64,000 nucleotides of DNA from an uncultured Pelagibacteraceae bacterium (GTDB lineage: Bacteria; Pseudomonadota; Alphaproteobacteria; Pelagibacterales; Pelagibacteraceae): NCBI GenBank assembly GCA_902523895.1, contig CABZAZ010000002.1, positions 34,313 through 98,312 on the forward strand. Direction: 5' to 3'. The number at the start of each line of letters is the position of its first letter. Within the stretch, counting starts at the first letter, position 1. The position numbers were made by a program, and so were the translations under genes. Of this stretch, positions 19,456 to 30,019 are shown piece by piece. The notes beneath the pieces are model-generated. The model had not been told where the DNA came from. It made no database searches and saw nothing but the letters and a program-made list of their open reading frames with translations.

Positions 19456-20193
19456 TTATTTTCTATTAAATTTAACTTTTCTAAAATTAAGATTTAAAAG
19501 ATCAATAATTAATATTTGATTTTTTAAAGTTTGCCCAATTTTCATAATCATCTTTAAGGCTTCATTTGCTTGAGTTGTTCCTACAATTGATGCAGTTGTG
19601 CCAAGAACTCCCTCAAATTCACAATTTAGGTTATCGTCTGAAATTTCATTTTTTTGGTAGAAACTTTTTAAAGAAGCTGTTTTTTTATCAGTAAAATCAA
19701 ATGCAAATACATGACCATCAAATTTACTAATTGCCCCTGTCACCAATTTTTTTTTCAATTTTATACAGAAATCATTAATTAAAAATTTTGTCTTAAAATT
19801 ATCTGAACCATCAATTATTATTTCATAATCTTTAATTATATTTTTGATATTATTCTTATTGAGTCTTGATTTGTAAGTTTTAATTTTAGCAGATGGATTT
19901 ATATCTCTCAGTTTTTTCGCAGCTACACTAACTTTTGATTTATTTATATCTTTAGAAGTAAATAAGCTTTGTCTATGTATGTTGGAAAGGTTTACGATAT
20001 CATTGTCAACAAGACCAATAGTTCCAATACCAGCTCTTACTAGATTTTCTGCAGCAGGACAACCTAAACCTCCAACACCAACAATTAAAATTTTAGAGGA
20101 TAAAATTTTTTTTTGACCTCTCGCACCTATATTTTTTAAAACTAATTGTCTTGAGTATCTTTCAATTTGAGATTTGTTAAGACTTTCTCTCAT
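19456..20193 (-). CDS. HesA/MoeB/ThiF-family adenylyltransferase
   Basis: ERYSRQL, GVGGLGC, LSNIHRQ, DGSDNF. Confidence 0.9.
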   Translation of the reverse strand: MRESLNKSQIERYSRQLVLKNIGARGQKKILSSKILIVGVGGLGCPAAENLVRAGIGTIGLVDNDIVNLSNIHRQSLFTSKDINKSKVSVAAKKLRDINPSAKIKTYKSRLNKNNIKNIIKDYEIIIDGSDNFKTKFLINDFCIKLKKKLVTGAISKFDGHVFAFDFTDKKTASLKSFYQKNEISDDNLNCEFEGVLGTTASIVGTTQANEALKMIMKIGQTLKNQILIIDLLNLNFRKVKFNRK

Positions 20194-20627
20194 TTACCAG
20201 TTGAGCCAAAACCACCTGCTCCTCTGATTGACTCTGGAAGTTCATTTGTTTCTTCTAGATCCATTTTTATAACTGGAGTTAAAATCATTTGAGCAATTCT
20301 ATCGTTGTTATTGATCTTAAAACTTTTGTTACCATGATTAAATAAAATAACTTTTATTTCTCCTCTATAATCACTATCAATTGTACCAGGTGTATTTAAA
20401 ACACTAATATTGCTTTTTGCCGCTAATCCTGACCTTGGTCTTATTTGAATTTCATACTCTTTAGGAAACGCGACTGATAATCCGGTTGGTATTAGGCACG
20501 ACTCGCCTGGTTTTAATTCAATTGATTTATCTATAAATGCCATTAGATCCATGCCAGATGCACCATTAGTTTTATATGATGGTAATTTAACAGAAGGTTT
20601 TAATTTTTTTACTAAAACTTTAATCAT
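20190..20627 (-). CDS. dut: dUTP diphosphatase
   Basis: ASGMDL, RPRSGLA, PGTIDSDYRGEI, RGAGGFGSTG. Confidence 0.98.
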   Translation of the reverse strand: MIKVLVKKLKPSVKLPSYKTNGASGMDLMAFIDKSIELKPGESCLIPTGLSVAFPKEYEIQIRPRSGLAAKSNISVLNTPGTIDSDYRGEIKVILFNHGNKSFKINNNDRIAQMILTPVIKMDLEETNELPESIRGAGGFGSTGK

Positions 20628-21826
20628 TAGTTTAAATGATTAATAATTTTTTTAACTAATTCATCTGAAATTTCTGATTTAGATTTATACTTAAGTCTTT
20701 CTATTTTTTTATTTTTATAAAGAATTGATACTTCATTAAAATCTGATTCAAAACCAATTGATTTATTTGATACATCATTTGCAACTATCCAGTCACAATT
20801 TTTTTCACTTAGTTTTTTATTAGCATAGTTTTCTAAATCATTCGTTTCAGCTGCAAAGCCTACCACAAGTTTTGGTCTTAAGGAGTTATGATTAGAGACA
20901 TAATCAAGAATATCGACATTTTTTTCCAAATCTAAACTAATTTCATCTTGTTTCTTTATTTTTGTTTTAGAAATTTCTTTTACTTTATAATCACACACTG
21001 CTGCTGAAAATATTGCTATTTCGGCTGGTAAACTTTTAAGTGTCGATTGAAACATTTCTTCAGCAGTTTCAACTTTGATCAAATTGATATCATTATTTAT
21101 TTCTAAGTTTGTTGGTCCTGAAATTAAAGTTGTTTCAAAACCTTTTTTTGATAATGATTTCGCAATTTCATAGCCTTGCTTACCACTGGATTTGTTAGAT
21201 ATATATCTTACTGGATCGATGTACTCTTTGGTTGGTCCTGCGGTCACGATTGCCTTTAATTTATTTTTTTTCTTTAAATTTTTGAAATAAATTTTAAGCT
21301 TATCTATTATATCTTTTGGTTCCGACATTTTACCTTCACCGTATTCTCCACATGCCATATCTCCAATTTCAGGGCCAATTAATTCATAGTTATAGGTTTT
21401 TAGTTTTGTTATATTTTGTTTAGTAGATTGATGTTCCCACATTCTTACATTCATTGCAGGAGCAATAAAAATTTTTTTGTTTGACGCAAGAGCAACAGTT
21501 GAAGCTAAATCATCTGAACTTCCGCTAGCAAGTTTAGATATTGTATTAGCTGTTGCAGGTGCAATTAAGATAAGATCTGCCCATCTTGAAAGACTAATAT
21601 GATCCATCTCTGCCTCATTTTCTATACTAAAAAGATCCTGATAAACTTTAGATTGAGATAATGAGGTAATTGAAAGAGGTGTAACAAATTTAGCACCACT
21701 TTTAGTAAGAATTGTTTTGATAATTACACCATCCTTTTTTAAAAGTCTGATTAATTCAAGACTTTTATATGCAGCTATACCTCCACAAATTATTAATAAG
21801 ATTTTTTTATTATTCAAGTTACCCAT
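20627..21826 (-). CDS. coaBC: Phosphopantothenoylcysteine decarboxylase/ligase
   Basis: GGIAAYKS, APATAN, PAMN, ACGEYGEG, TAGPT..IDPVRYISNKSSGKQG. Confidence 0.97.
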   Translation of the reverse strand: MGNLNNKKILLIICGGIAAYKSLELIRLLKKDGVIIKTILTKSGAKFVTPLSITSLSQSKVYQDLFSIENEAEMDHISLSRWADLILIAPATANTISKLASGSSDDLASTVALASNKKIFIAPAMNVRMWEHQSTKQNITKLKTYNYELIGPEIGDMACGEYGEGKMSEPKDIIDKLKIYFKNLKKKNKLKAIVTAGPTKEYIDPVRYISNKSSGKQGYEIAKSLSKKGFETTLISGPTNLEINNDINLIKVETAEEMFQSTLKSLPAEIAIFSAAVCDYKVKEISKTKIKKQDEISLDLEKNVDILDYVSNHNSLRPKLVVGFAAETNDLENYANKKLSEKNCDWIVANDVSNKSIGFESDFNEVSILYKNKKIERLKYKSKSEISDELVKKIINHLN

Positions 21827-21834
21827 GGAGTGAA

Positions 21835-23400
21835 TTAAAATACCAATAGACCAAAAATTACAAGGACTAAAAAGCCAATAATAGATTGATTTCTAAAAGC
21901 AGTCATTTCTGATTTTTTTGTATTCAAAGCAGTATAAGAGTTTGAATTTTGTGGAATTTGGCCACTAGCCAAATATGTTAGAGCTTGATTAGCTTTGTCC
22001 ATTATTTCTGGGAATTCTGGTAATCTTTTAATAACTTCAGAAGTGCTTTGGATTGTCTCACTAATCGTAGTCATAGGATCTTTTGTTTCTCTTAACCAAT
22101 TTTCAAGAACAGGTTTAGATGTAGTCCAAATGTTTGTATTAGGATTTAATTTTCTAGCTACCCCTTCCACAACGACCATTGTTTTTTGTAGCATCAGAAG
22201 TTGAGGTTGCGTTTGCATGTTAAATTTCTCTGTAACATCAAATAATTGTTTTAATAATTTTCCACCAGAAATATCTTTTACTGTTTGACCAAAAATTGGT
22301 TCACCAATTGATCTTAGGGCCTGAGCAAGGTCATCGATCGGAACTTCTTTAGGAACCAGTCCAGCAACTAAATGCACTTCTGCTACTTTACGATAATCTC
22401 TTTGAATAAAACCAAATAATATTTCTGCCAAAAATCTTTTACTCATTTTATCAAGTCTACCCATTATTCCAAAATCAATTGGAACTATATGACCATTATT
22501 ATCTATAAATATATTTCCTTGATGCATATCAGCGTGAAAAAATCCATCTCTCACTGCATGTCTTAGAAAATTTTGAATAATGTCGTTTGCGATTTTTTCA
22601 GTATTTAAATTTCTTTTTTTTAGCTCCTCAGTTTCCCTAATAGAAACTCCATCGACCCAATCTAATGTCATTACATTTTCACTTGTAAAATTCCAATAAA
22701 TTTCTGGAACTCTAAACCCAACATCATTTTTAGTATTTTCTGCGTATTCATTAGCTGCAGCTGCTTCAAATCTTAAATCCATTTCTAAATTTGTTATTTC
22801 TTTAAGTAAAAAAACTACTTCGACCAATTTTAATCTTTTTGTCTTTTTAATAAACGACTCTACTAAAAAAGCAAAAAGCATAATTGCATCAATTTCATCA
22901 TTAAAAATTTTTTTAATATTTGGCCGTAAAATTTTTATCGCAACATCCTTGATAGTACCATTATCGTTGATTTGAGCTTTATGGACTTGAGCTATGGAGG
23001 CTGCTGCAACAGGTTCACTTAAATTGATAATTGAGTTATATGTCTCATTTCCTAAATCATTTTTGACGATTTCTTTAGCTTGTATAAGTGAAAATGGTGG
23101 CAATTTATCCTGAAGACTCTCTAGTTGTTTTGAGAGATCCTCACCAATTATATCTGGTCGCGTAGCTAAAAATTGTCCAAGTTTGATAAAAGTTGTACCC
23201 ATAGACTCCAAGGAGTCTGCCAAGTTCTTGCTTTCACTTTTATTAAAATCTTTTTTTTTAGGTGTAAAAGATATTGATAAAAATTTAAACAGTAATGTGA
23301 TTGCTAATGGCGGCTTTTGAAACTTTGAGATTATCTCTAATATATTTGAATGAGCTATTTTTCGTCCAAGTTTAAATAAAGTTATAATTTTTTTTATCAT
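21835..23400 (-). CDS. ubiB: Ubiquinone biosynthesis protein kinase-like UbiB
   Basis: FIKLGQFLATRPD, AAASIAQVH, FFHADMHQGN, DFGIMG; ATG at 23400 overlaps the ubiE stop. Confidence 0.95.
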   Translation of the reverse strand: MIKKIITLFKLGRKIAHSNILEIISKFQKPPLAITLLFKFLSISFTPKKKDFNKSESKNLADSLESMGTTFIKLGQFLATRPDIIGEDLSKQLESLQDKLPPFSLIQAKEIVKNDLGNETYNSIINLSEPVAAASIAQVHKAQINDNGTIKDVAIKILRPNIKKIFNDEIDAIMLFAFLVESFIKKTKRLKLVEVVFLLKEITNLEMDLRFEAAAANEYAENTKNDVGFRVPEIYWNFTSENVMTLDWVDGVSIRETEELKKRNLNTEKIANDIIQNFLRHAVRDGFFHADMHQGNIFIDNNGHIVPIDFGIMGRLDKMSKRFLAEILFGFIQRDYRKVAEVHLVAGLVPKEVPIDDLAQALRSIGEPIFGQTVKDISGGKLLKQLFDVTEKFNMQTQPQLLMLQKTMVVVEGVARKLNPNTNIWTTSKPVLENWLRETKDPMTTISETIQSTSEVIKRLPEFPEIMDKANQALTYLASGQIPQNSNSYTALNTKKSEMTAFRNQSIIGFLVLVIFGLLVF

Positions 23401-24104
23401 TAAACTTTCCAACCACTATGTATAGATACTATTCCATTAGAGAAGTTCCTGTAATTGCATTTTTGAAATTTTTTGACTTTCATATATTGTAAAAGCTCCT
23501 CTTGATTGACAAAATTATCAATACTTTCAATAAGATAATCATAAGGCTCTCTTTGTCCAACGACGTATTTACCAACTAAAGGAATTAATTTTGAATAATT
23601 TTTATAGATAAGTTCTAAGTTTTTATTTTGTATTTTGGAAAATTCTAAACAAAAAAATCGTCCACCTTTTTTTAAAACTCTATATGCCTCTGATAAAGAT
23701 TTATCTAAATTTTTTGTATTTCTTAAGCCAAAACTAATCGTATAAAAATCAAATGAATTACTTTTGAGGGGGAGTTTTTCTGCACTGGAAATTATCCATT
23801 TTATATTTTTATAATTTTTTAGCTTTTCTTTTCCTTTGGATACCATTCCTCTATTTGGGTCGATGCAGGTAATATGATTATTGATATTAGTGTTATCTAG
23901 ATAAAGTTTTCCTATATCTCCAGTACCGCAAGCAACATCAACCAGGCTTTTATTTTTTGATGGTCCCATCATATTGATTAAGTTTTTTTTCCACAGTCTA
24001 TGTATTCCAAAAGACATAAAATCATTCATTAAATCATATCTATCAAAAACTTGATTAAATACGCCCTGAACTAACCCTTTTTTATTTTGAAGATGTTGTT
24101 GCAT
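23400..24104 (-). CDS. ubiE: Ubiquinone/menaquinone C-methyltransferase UbiE
   Basis: YDLMNDFMSFGIHRLWK, DVACGTGD, ISFGLRN, LEFS. Confidence 0.95.
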   Translation of the reverse strand: MQQHLQNKKGLVQGVFNQVFDRYDLMNDFMSFGIHRLWKKNLINMMGPSKNKSLVDVACGTGDIGKLYLDNTNINNHITCIDPNRGMVSKGKEKLKNYKNIKWIISSAEKLPLKSNSFDFYTISFGLRNTKNLDKSLSEAYRVLKKGGRFFCLEFSKIQNKNLELIYKNYSKLIPLVGKYVVGQREPYDYLIESIDNFVNQEELLQYMKVKKFQKCNYRNFSNGIVSIHSGWKV

Positions 24105-24137
24105 TTTTAATTAATTATTCATTTAATATAATAGTAA

Positions 24138-25001
24138 ATGCCAGAATTACCAGAAGTAGAAATAGTCCGACAATCTTTATTAAAAAATATAAAAGGTAAA
24201 AAAATCAATAAAGTTTTGGTTAGAAATAGAAACTTAAGATTTAAATTGGAAACCTCCTTTGAAAAAAAGCTAAAAAATAAATTTATTTCAAATATCAAAA
24301 GATTTTCAAAATATTTGATTATTGAGCTGGAGAATAAAAGTTTTTGTATAGTCCATTTAGGAATGTCAGGAACAATTCACATTATTAAAAATAAAAAAAA
24401 TAATCTTCCCACTAACACTAGTTTTTATAATTCACCAAATTTGCCCAAAAATCACAATCATGTTGAATTTTTCTTTAAGAATATCAAGTTAGTTTATAAT
24501 GACCCTAGAAGATTTGGCTATTTCAAATTTTTCAGTGATTTTAATAGTCTAAAAAAAAAGTTTAAAAGTTTTGGTCCAGAACCCTTTAATAAAAAATTTA
24601 ATTTAAAGTATTTGATTAATTATTTTAAAAAAAAAGATAAGAATATAAAAAATTTTTTATTAGATCAAAATTTTGTTTCTGGAATCGGAAATATTTATGC
24701 GAGTGAAATTTTATATTTATCAAAAATTAATCCCTCAATTCCAGCTAAATATTTAAAAAAAAATCAATGCAAAAATATAGTAATAAATTCAAGAAAAATT
24801 TTGCGAAATGCTATAAATAAAGGTGGATCAACCATAAGGGACTTTAAAAATACAAAAGGCGATCAAGGTAATTTTCAAAAAGAATTTAGGGTTTATGGTA
24901 GAGATAAACAAAAATGTAAAAGATTTAAATGTTCGGGAACAATTAATAAAATAACTCAATCAAATAGATCAACATTTTTGTGTGAAATTTGTCAGAAATG
25001 A
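24138..25001 (+). CDS. mutM: Formamidopyrimidine-DNA glycosylase
   Basis: MPELPEVE, HLGMSG, DPRRFG, GIGNIYASE, C-terminal zinc finger; TATAAT at 24127 suggests a leaderless mRNA. Confidence 0.97.
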   Translation: MPELPEVEIVRQSLLKNIKGKKINKVLVRNRNLRFKLETSFEKKLKNKFISNIKRFSKYLIIELENKSFCIVHLGMSGTIHIIKNKKNNLPTNTSFYNSPNLPKNHNHVEFFFKNIKLVYNDPRRFGYFKFFSDFNSLKKKFKSFGPEPFNKKFNLKYLINYFKKKDKNIKNFLLDQNFVSGIGNIYASEILYLSKINPSIPAKYLKKNQCKNIVINSRKILRNAINKGGSTIRDFKNTKGDQGNFQKEFRVYGRDKQKCKRFKCSGTINKITQSNRSTFLCEICQK

Positions 25002-25012
25002 TAAATATATTA

Positions 25013-25041
25013 TTGACCAGGCCTATTTAAGCGGTTATACC
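25013..25041 (+). promoter_or_regulatory. Candidate rpsT promoter
   Basis: TTGACC, 17 bp, TATACC. Confidence 0.5.
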
Positions 25042-25052
25042 CCTGCAAAATT

Positions 25053-25313
25053 ATGGCTAATACAAAATCAGCAATTAAAAGAATTAGACGAATAGCTAAA
25101 CAAACTGCAGTTAACAAGGCGAGAAAAAGTAAATATAAAATTGCATTAAAAAAGATGAACGCCCTAATTGAAAATAAAAAAAAAACCGAAGCTTTAAAGT
25201 TCTTACCTAAGTTGAATTCTGAGTTAATGAAGATTGCTAAAACTGGAATTATAAAAAAACAGAATGCATCTAGGAATGTATCAAGAATTACAAAGAAAAT
25301 TACTTCTCTTTAA
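25053..25313 (+). CDS. rpsT: 30S ribosomal protein S20
   Basis: MANTKSAIKRIR..N..RKS; GIIKKQNASR. Confidence 0.96.
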   Translation: MANTKSAIKRIRRIAKQTAVNKARKSKYKIALKKMNALIENKKKTEALKFLPKLNSELMKIAKTGIIKKQNASRNVSRITKKITSL

Positions 25314-25586
25314 ATCTTACACCTCAAGTTGATTCAACTCCAATAATACGCTTCATGTATGAAGAAAAAATTTTATTTCACAATATTTAGATTTAGTAAA
25401 AAGGTTATATATTTAATTCAATCATAAATTTTATTTTTTTTTTGATGCATAAAAAATTTTTTTGTCAAAGAATTTTTTAAAAAAAAATTTTTACACAATC
25501 CTAGATTTAATTTTTTTTTGTTAAATTAAAATAATTTGTTGCAAAATTTTTTATTATAGTTCTAACTGAATGTTCTCCAATAAATT

Positions 25587-26993
25587 ATGAATAATTCACG
25601 ATTTAACAAAAATATAGAAAAGATAAATTTAGATTGGACCACGATACAGTCTGAAATTAAAGTAAAATTGGGAACAGATATTTATGAAAGCTGGATAAGA
25701 AAAATTAATTTCGTTGAGGAGTTTAATAATTATTTATTGTTATCAGTTCCTACGAGATTTATTCGTGATTGGATTACTTCAAGATATCTTGATCAGATTT
25801 TGCAAACTATAAAAAAACATAAAAAAGAAATAATTAGAATTGAATTTAAGATTATCGATGATGATGCAAATAATGATGAAAAATCAATTGATTTAAAAAA
25901 ACATAATCCAAATGGAAAAATCTCGTTTATAAAAGACTCTTATCTTCAATATAATCGAATAGACCCTAATAAAAGATTTGAAAATTTTTTGATAGGCTCG
26001 AGTAACAAAATAGCATTTGAAGCTTCGAAAAAAGTATCTGAAAATATTTCATATTATAATCCTCTTTATATTTATGGAGGAGTTGGTCTGGGTAAAACCC
26101 ATTTGCTCAATTCTATAGGTCATAAACTTAATGAAAGTAAAAAAGTAATGTTTATATCTGCTGAACGTTTTATGTATCAATTTGTAAAGTCTATTAAATC
26201 TAATGATATGGTAAAGTTTAAAGAATATTTTAGAAATACTGATGTTTTACTAATAGACGATATTCAGTTTATGAATGGTAAGGAGGCAATGCAAGAAGAG
26301 TTTTTTCATACTTTCAATGCACTTCTAGATAAAGGTTCACAAATTATTGTATCTGCAGATAGACCACCAAATAAACTATCCAGAATTCAAGAGAGAATTA
26401 AATCAAGATTTTCTGGAGGACTTGTAGTTGATATCCAAAAACCAGAATATGATTTGAGAAGAAAAATAATTAATTATAAAATTAATGAGTTGATAAATCT
26501 TTATTCTGATAATTTGAATATCTCTGAGGAGATACAAGATTTTTTAAGCAGCAAGGTAACTACTAATGTTAGAGAGTTAGTTGGAGCTATTAATCGAATA
26601 GTTTCATTTTCCAGAATCTATAAAAAATTACCAAGTCTATCTGAAACTAAAATTATATTGAAAGACTTACTAAATTTAAACGACAATATCGTAACGATAG
26701 ACTCTATACAAACTATTGTTTGTAAATTTTTTAAGATAAGTAAAAATGAAATGCTATCTTCAAGAAGATCTAGATATCTAGTAAGACCAAGACAAACAGC
26801 TATTTATTTAACTAAAATATTGACAACAAAATCTCTTCCAGAAATCGGACGTGAATTTTCAAATCGTGACCACACAACCATTATTCACTCAGTAAAAACT
26901 ATTGAAAGGTTAAAAGAAAAAAATCCTGATATGAACGATAACATTAACAAATTGAAAAATATCATACTGTACAATAAAGAGAATGAGATTTAA
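25587..26993 (+). CDS. dnaA: Chromosomal replication initiator DnaA
   Basis: NPLYIYGGVGLGKTHL, LLIDDIQF, QEEFFHTFN, SLPEIGREF..RDHTTIIH. Confidence 0.98.
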   Translation: MNNSRFNKNIEKINLDWTTIQSEIKVKLGTDIYESWIRKINFVEEFNNYLLLSVPTRFIRDWITSRYLDQILQTIKKHKKEIIRIEFKIIDDDANNDEKSIDLKKHNPNGKISFIKDSYLQYNRIDPNKRFENFLIGSSNKIAFEASKKVSENISYYNPLYIYGGVGLGKTHLLNSIGHKLNESKKVMFISAERFMYQFVKSIKSNDMVKFKEYFRNTDVLLIDDIQFMNGKEAMQEEFFHTFNALLDKGSQIIVSADRPPNKLSRIQERIKSRFSGGLVVDIQKPEYDLRRKIINYKINELINLYSDNLNISEEIQDFLSSKVTTNVRELVGAINRIVSFSRIYKKLPSLSETKIILKDLLNLNDNIVTIDSIQTIVCKFFKISKNEMLSSRRSRYLVRPRQTAIYLTKILTTKSLPEIGREFSNRDHTTIIHSVKTIERLKEKNPDMNDNINKLKNIILYNKENEI

Positions 26994-28095
26994 TATTAAT
27001 CAAAAAGAGCTTCAACAAGCTTTAGGATATTGTCAGGGAGTTATAGAAAAAAGGAGTACTTTACCAATACTTTCCAATGTTTTATTAGACGCTAGTGAGT
27101 CCAAGTTAACAATAACTGCCACAGATTTAGATTTAGTTTTTATTCACCAAATTAAAGATGTTGAGATTTTAGAAGAAGGAAAAACAACTACAACATCTTC
27201 GACAATGTTTGATATTGTAAGGAAGTTCACCCCAGATAAAAAAATTAATTTATCTTTAAATAGCGAAAACAAACTTAAATTAGAGTCACACAAATCCATA
27301 TTTAATTTAAATTGTATTAATTCTTCTGAGTTTCCATTGACTGATGAAAATTTCAATCAAAATGAGTTTGTAATTAATTCAAAACTATTTTTGAAGCTTC
27401 TTAATAAGTGTAAGTTTTCAGTCTCAAATGACGAAACAAGACATTATTTAAGTGGAATATATTTTCATCAAACAGAAGTTGAAGATAAGATTTATCTTAC
27501 AGCAGTTGCAACCGATAGTCACAGGATGTCAATTTCAAAAATTAGATTAAATGAAAAAATAAGCTTTGAGCCAATTATTCTTCCAAAAAAAACTATTTTT
27601 CAACTTTGCTCTTTATTAGATGATTTTGATGGTGATGTTAAAATATCTAATTTGAAATCAAAAATCAAATTTGAATTATCAGAAAGTATTTTAATATCTA
27701 AATTAATTGATGGTAAGTTCCCTAACTATATCCAAGTAATACCAAAAAATAATCAAAAAAAATTAGAGACCGATCTCAAATCATTTTTAGGATCTGTGGA
27801 TCGTGTAGCGTCAGTATCACTTGATAAAAAAGATGGTGTAAAATTTAAATTATCAGAAAACTCACTAAACTTGTCAGTAAATAATGCAAATAGTGGAGAT
27901 GGTAATGAAACTTTAAATGTGAAGTTTAATCATGATTTACAGATAAGTTTTAATTCGAGATATCTAATTGATGTTGCGTCACAGCTTGATGGAGAAAAAA
28001 TTGAAATATTTTTTAACGACTCTGGATCTCCAGCATTAATAAAAGATCCAAGCGATTTTGATAGTATTTATGTCGTAATGCCGATGAAAGGTTAA
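26983..28095 (+). CDS. dnaN: DNA polymerase III beta clamp
   Basis: STLPILSNVLL, ATDSHRM, SKLIDGKFPNY, VVMPM. Confidence 0.97.
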   Translation: MRFNINQKELQQALGYCQGVIEKRSTLPILSNVLLDASESKLTITATDLDLVFIHQIKDVEILEEGKTTTTSSTMFDIVRKFTPDKKINLSLNSENKLKLESHKSIFNLNCINSSEFPLTDENFNQNEFVINSKLFLKLLNKCKFSVSNDETRHYLSGIYFHQTEVEDKIYLTAVATDSHRMSISKIRLNEKISFEPIILPKKTIFQLCSLLDDFDGDVKISNLKSKIKFELSESILISKLIDGKFPNYIQVIPKNNQKKLETDLKSFLGSVDRVASVSLDKKDGVKFKLSENSLNLSVNNANSGDGNETLNVKFNHDLQISFNSRYLIDVASQLDGEKIEIFFNDSGSPALIKDPSDFDSIYVVMPMKG

Positions 28096-28793
28096 TTTAT
28101 AAGATCTAATTCCGAGTAAATTCTATTTTCTAAAGTTTTTAAAAATTCCTCTTTTTCTAAGTTTTTATTTATCCTAGGTATGATTGATATTGTAATAGTT
28201 TTATTAGAAACTTTTCTTCCTAATTTAGGCCAAACATGCCCAGAGTTTATTGCAATAGGTTGACATGCAACATTAAGCTTTTCATAAATTCTAGTTGCTC
28301 CTTTTTTAAAAGGTGGCCTCTCATTTGGTAAAACTCTTGTTCCTTGAGGAAAAATAATCAGAGGTCTATCTGAACTTGTAATCACGTTTGAAATTTCATC
28401 ATAGAAACTAAGATTATCTTTTGTTATTTGACCTCTCTTAATTGATATAGAACCAATCTTTTTTAGATACCATCCAAATATAGGAATTAGTAATAATTCT
28501 TTCTTAAGGATAAATACTGGTGAGTTAAATAAAGTTTGAAGAAAGAAAGTTTCAAACATTGATTGATGTGATGCTGCTATAAAAAATTTTTCATCTTTTA
28601 TAATATTTTCAGTTCCTTTAATTATGATTTTTGTTGAGAGAAAAAATTTCAAACAGAAACCGGTCCAGTGACCCATTAATTTACCACCTAATAGCACTAC
28701 TTGTTTAGGTAAGAAAAAAGAGGGTAAAAAAAATATTGAAATAATAACAATTCCAGTAAAAAAAAATAATGAAAATATAAAGTTTCTTAACAT
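28092..28793 (-). CDS. plsC: 1-acyl-sn-glycerol-3-phosphate acyltransferase (PlsC family)
   Basis: SHQSMFET (HxxxxD-like), KKEL..IPIFGW, FPQGTR. Confidence 0.8.
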   Translation of the reverse strand: MLRNFIFSLFFFTGIVIISIFFLPSFFLPKQVVLLGGKLMGHWTGFCLKFFLSTKIIIKGTENIIKDEKFFIAASHQSMFETFFLQTLFNSPVFILKKELLLIPIFGWYLKKIGSISIKRGQITKDNLSFYDEISNVITSSDRPLIIFPQGTRVLPNERPPFKKGATRIYEKLNVACQPIAINSGHVWPKLGRKVSNKTITISIIPRINKNLEKEEFLKTLENRIYSELDLIN

Positions 28794-28804
28794 TTTATCA
28801 AAAG

Positions 28805-30019
28805 CTAGATTATTTCTATGTGCTTTTGTCTTTTTCTAATTACATTAATTTTAGAACCTTTAACTAATAATTCTATAGGTTTAGGTCTGAGATTGTAATT
28901 AGAACTTAACGACATGCCATAAGCACCAACATCACATATAGCTATTAAATCTTTTTCTTTTAATTTTTGAAATTTTTTTAACGTTATAAATTTATCGGTA
29001 CTTTCACAAATTGGACCAACAAATTCGTAAGTTTTATTTGACATCTTACTAGATTTTACTACTGGCAATGTCCTATGAAATGCCCCATATAGTGCTGGTC
29101 TCATTAGATCATTCATTGCAGCATCTAAAATTATAAATTTTTTTCTCCCACTATCTTTAATGTAAATGACTTTACTTATCAATGTTCCAGTATTGCCAAT
29201 TATAGATCGACCAGGTTCAAATATAATTTTTACTTTATGTTTTTTAAGAAAATTATTTATTGCATTGTTATACTTTTTATAGTCGAGTTTCTTATCTTTA
29301 TAAGAATAATTAATACCCATGCCTCCACCCAAATCAATAAATTCAAATTGATGATTAGTTTTATCCAAGATGTAGCTAACAGCCTTAAGCATTTTTCCAT
29401 AGGGCTTATGATCTAAAATTTGACTTCCAATGTGAACACTCAAACATTTTAAGTCTATATTTTTTGAATTTTTACAAAAATCTACAATTTTACGAAATGT
29501 ATCTTTATTTACTCCAAATTTATTCTCTTTTTTTCCAGTAGAAATTTGATTTAGTGTTTTTGCATCTGTGTTTGGATTAAGTCTAACACCAACTCTAACT
29601 TTTTTATTTTTTAATTTCGCAATTCTATTTATTTCTATTATTTCACTTAGAGACTCAGCATTAATTAGTAATATTTTTTTGTTAATTGCAAAATTTAGTT
29701 CACTAGAAGTTTTTCCAACTCCAGAAAAGACTATTTTATTGGGTTTTATTCCTGCTTTTAAGGCTATCATAAGCTCACCTAAAGAAACTACATCAGCTCC
29801 TAAACCAAATTTTTTAATTTCTCTAATTAAATTAACATTAGTATTAGATTTAACTGCAAAACAAATTAAAGGTGAAAAAGATTTAAAATTTTCTTTAAAC
29901 CTATTTACATTTTCTTTTAATTTTGAATATGAATAACAATAAAAAGGTGTTCCAAATTTTTTGGCTATTCGCTGAAAATTGACTTTCTCTACTGCCAGTC
30001 TTTTTTTTATATATTTCAT
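28805..30019 (-). CDS. lysA: Diaminopimelate decarboxylase
   Basis: FAVKSN, HIGSQ, DLGGG, EPGR, GPICES, GAYG. Confidence 0.96.
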   Translation of the reverse strand: MKYIKKRLAVEKVNFQRIAKKFGTPFYCYSYSKLKENVNRFKENFKSFSPLICFAVKSNTNVNLIREIKKFGLGADVVSLGELMIALKAGIKPNKIVFSGVGKTSSELNFAINKKILLINAESLSEIIEINRIAKLKNKKVRVGVRLNPNTDAKTLNQISTGKKENKFGVNKDTFRKIVDFCKNSKNIDLKCLSVHIGSQILDHKPYGKMLKAVSYILDKTNHQFEFIDLGGGMGINYSYKDKKLDYKKYNNAINNFLKKHKVKIIFEPGRSIIGNTGTLISKVIYIKDSGRKKFIILDAAMNDLMRPALYGAFHRTLPVVKSSKMSNKTYEFVGPICESTDKFITLKKFQKLKEKDLIAICDVGAYGMSLSSNYNLRPKPIELLVKGSKINVIRKRQKHIEII

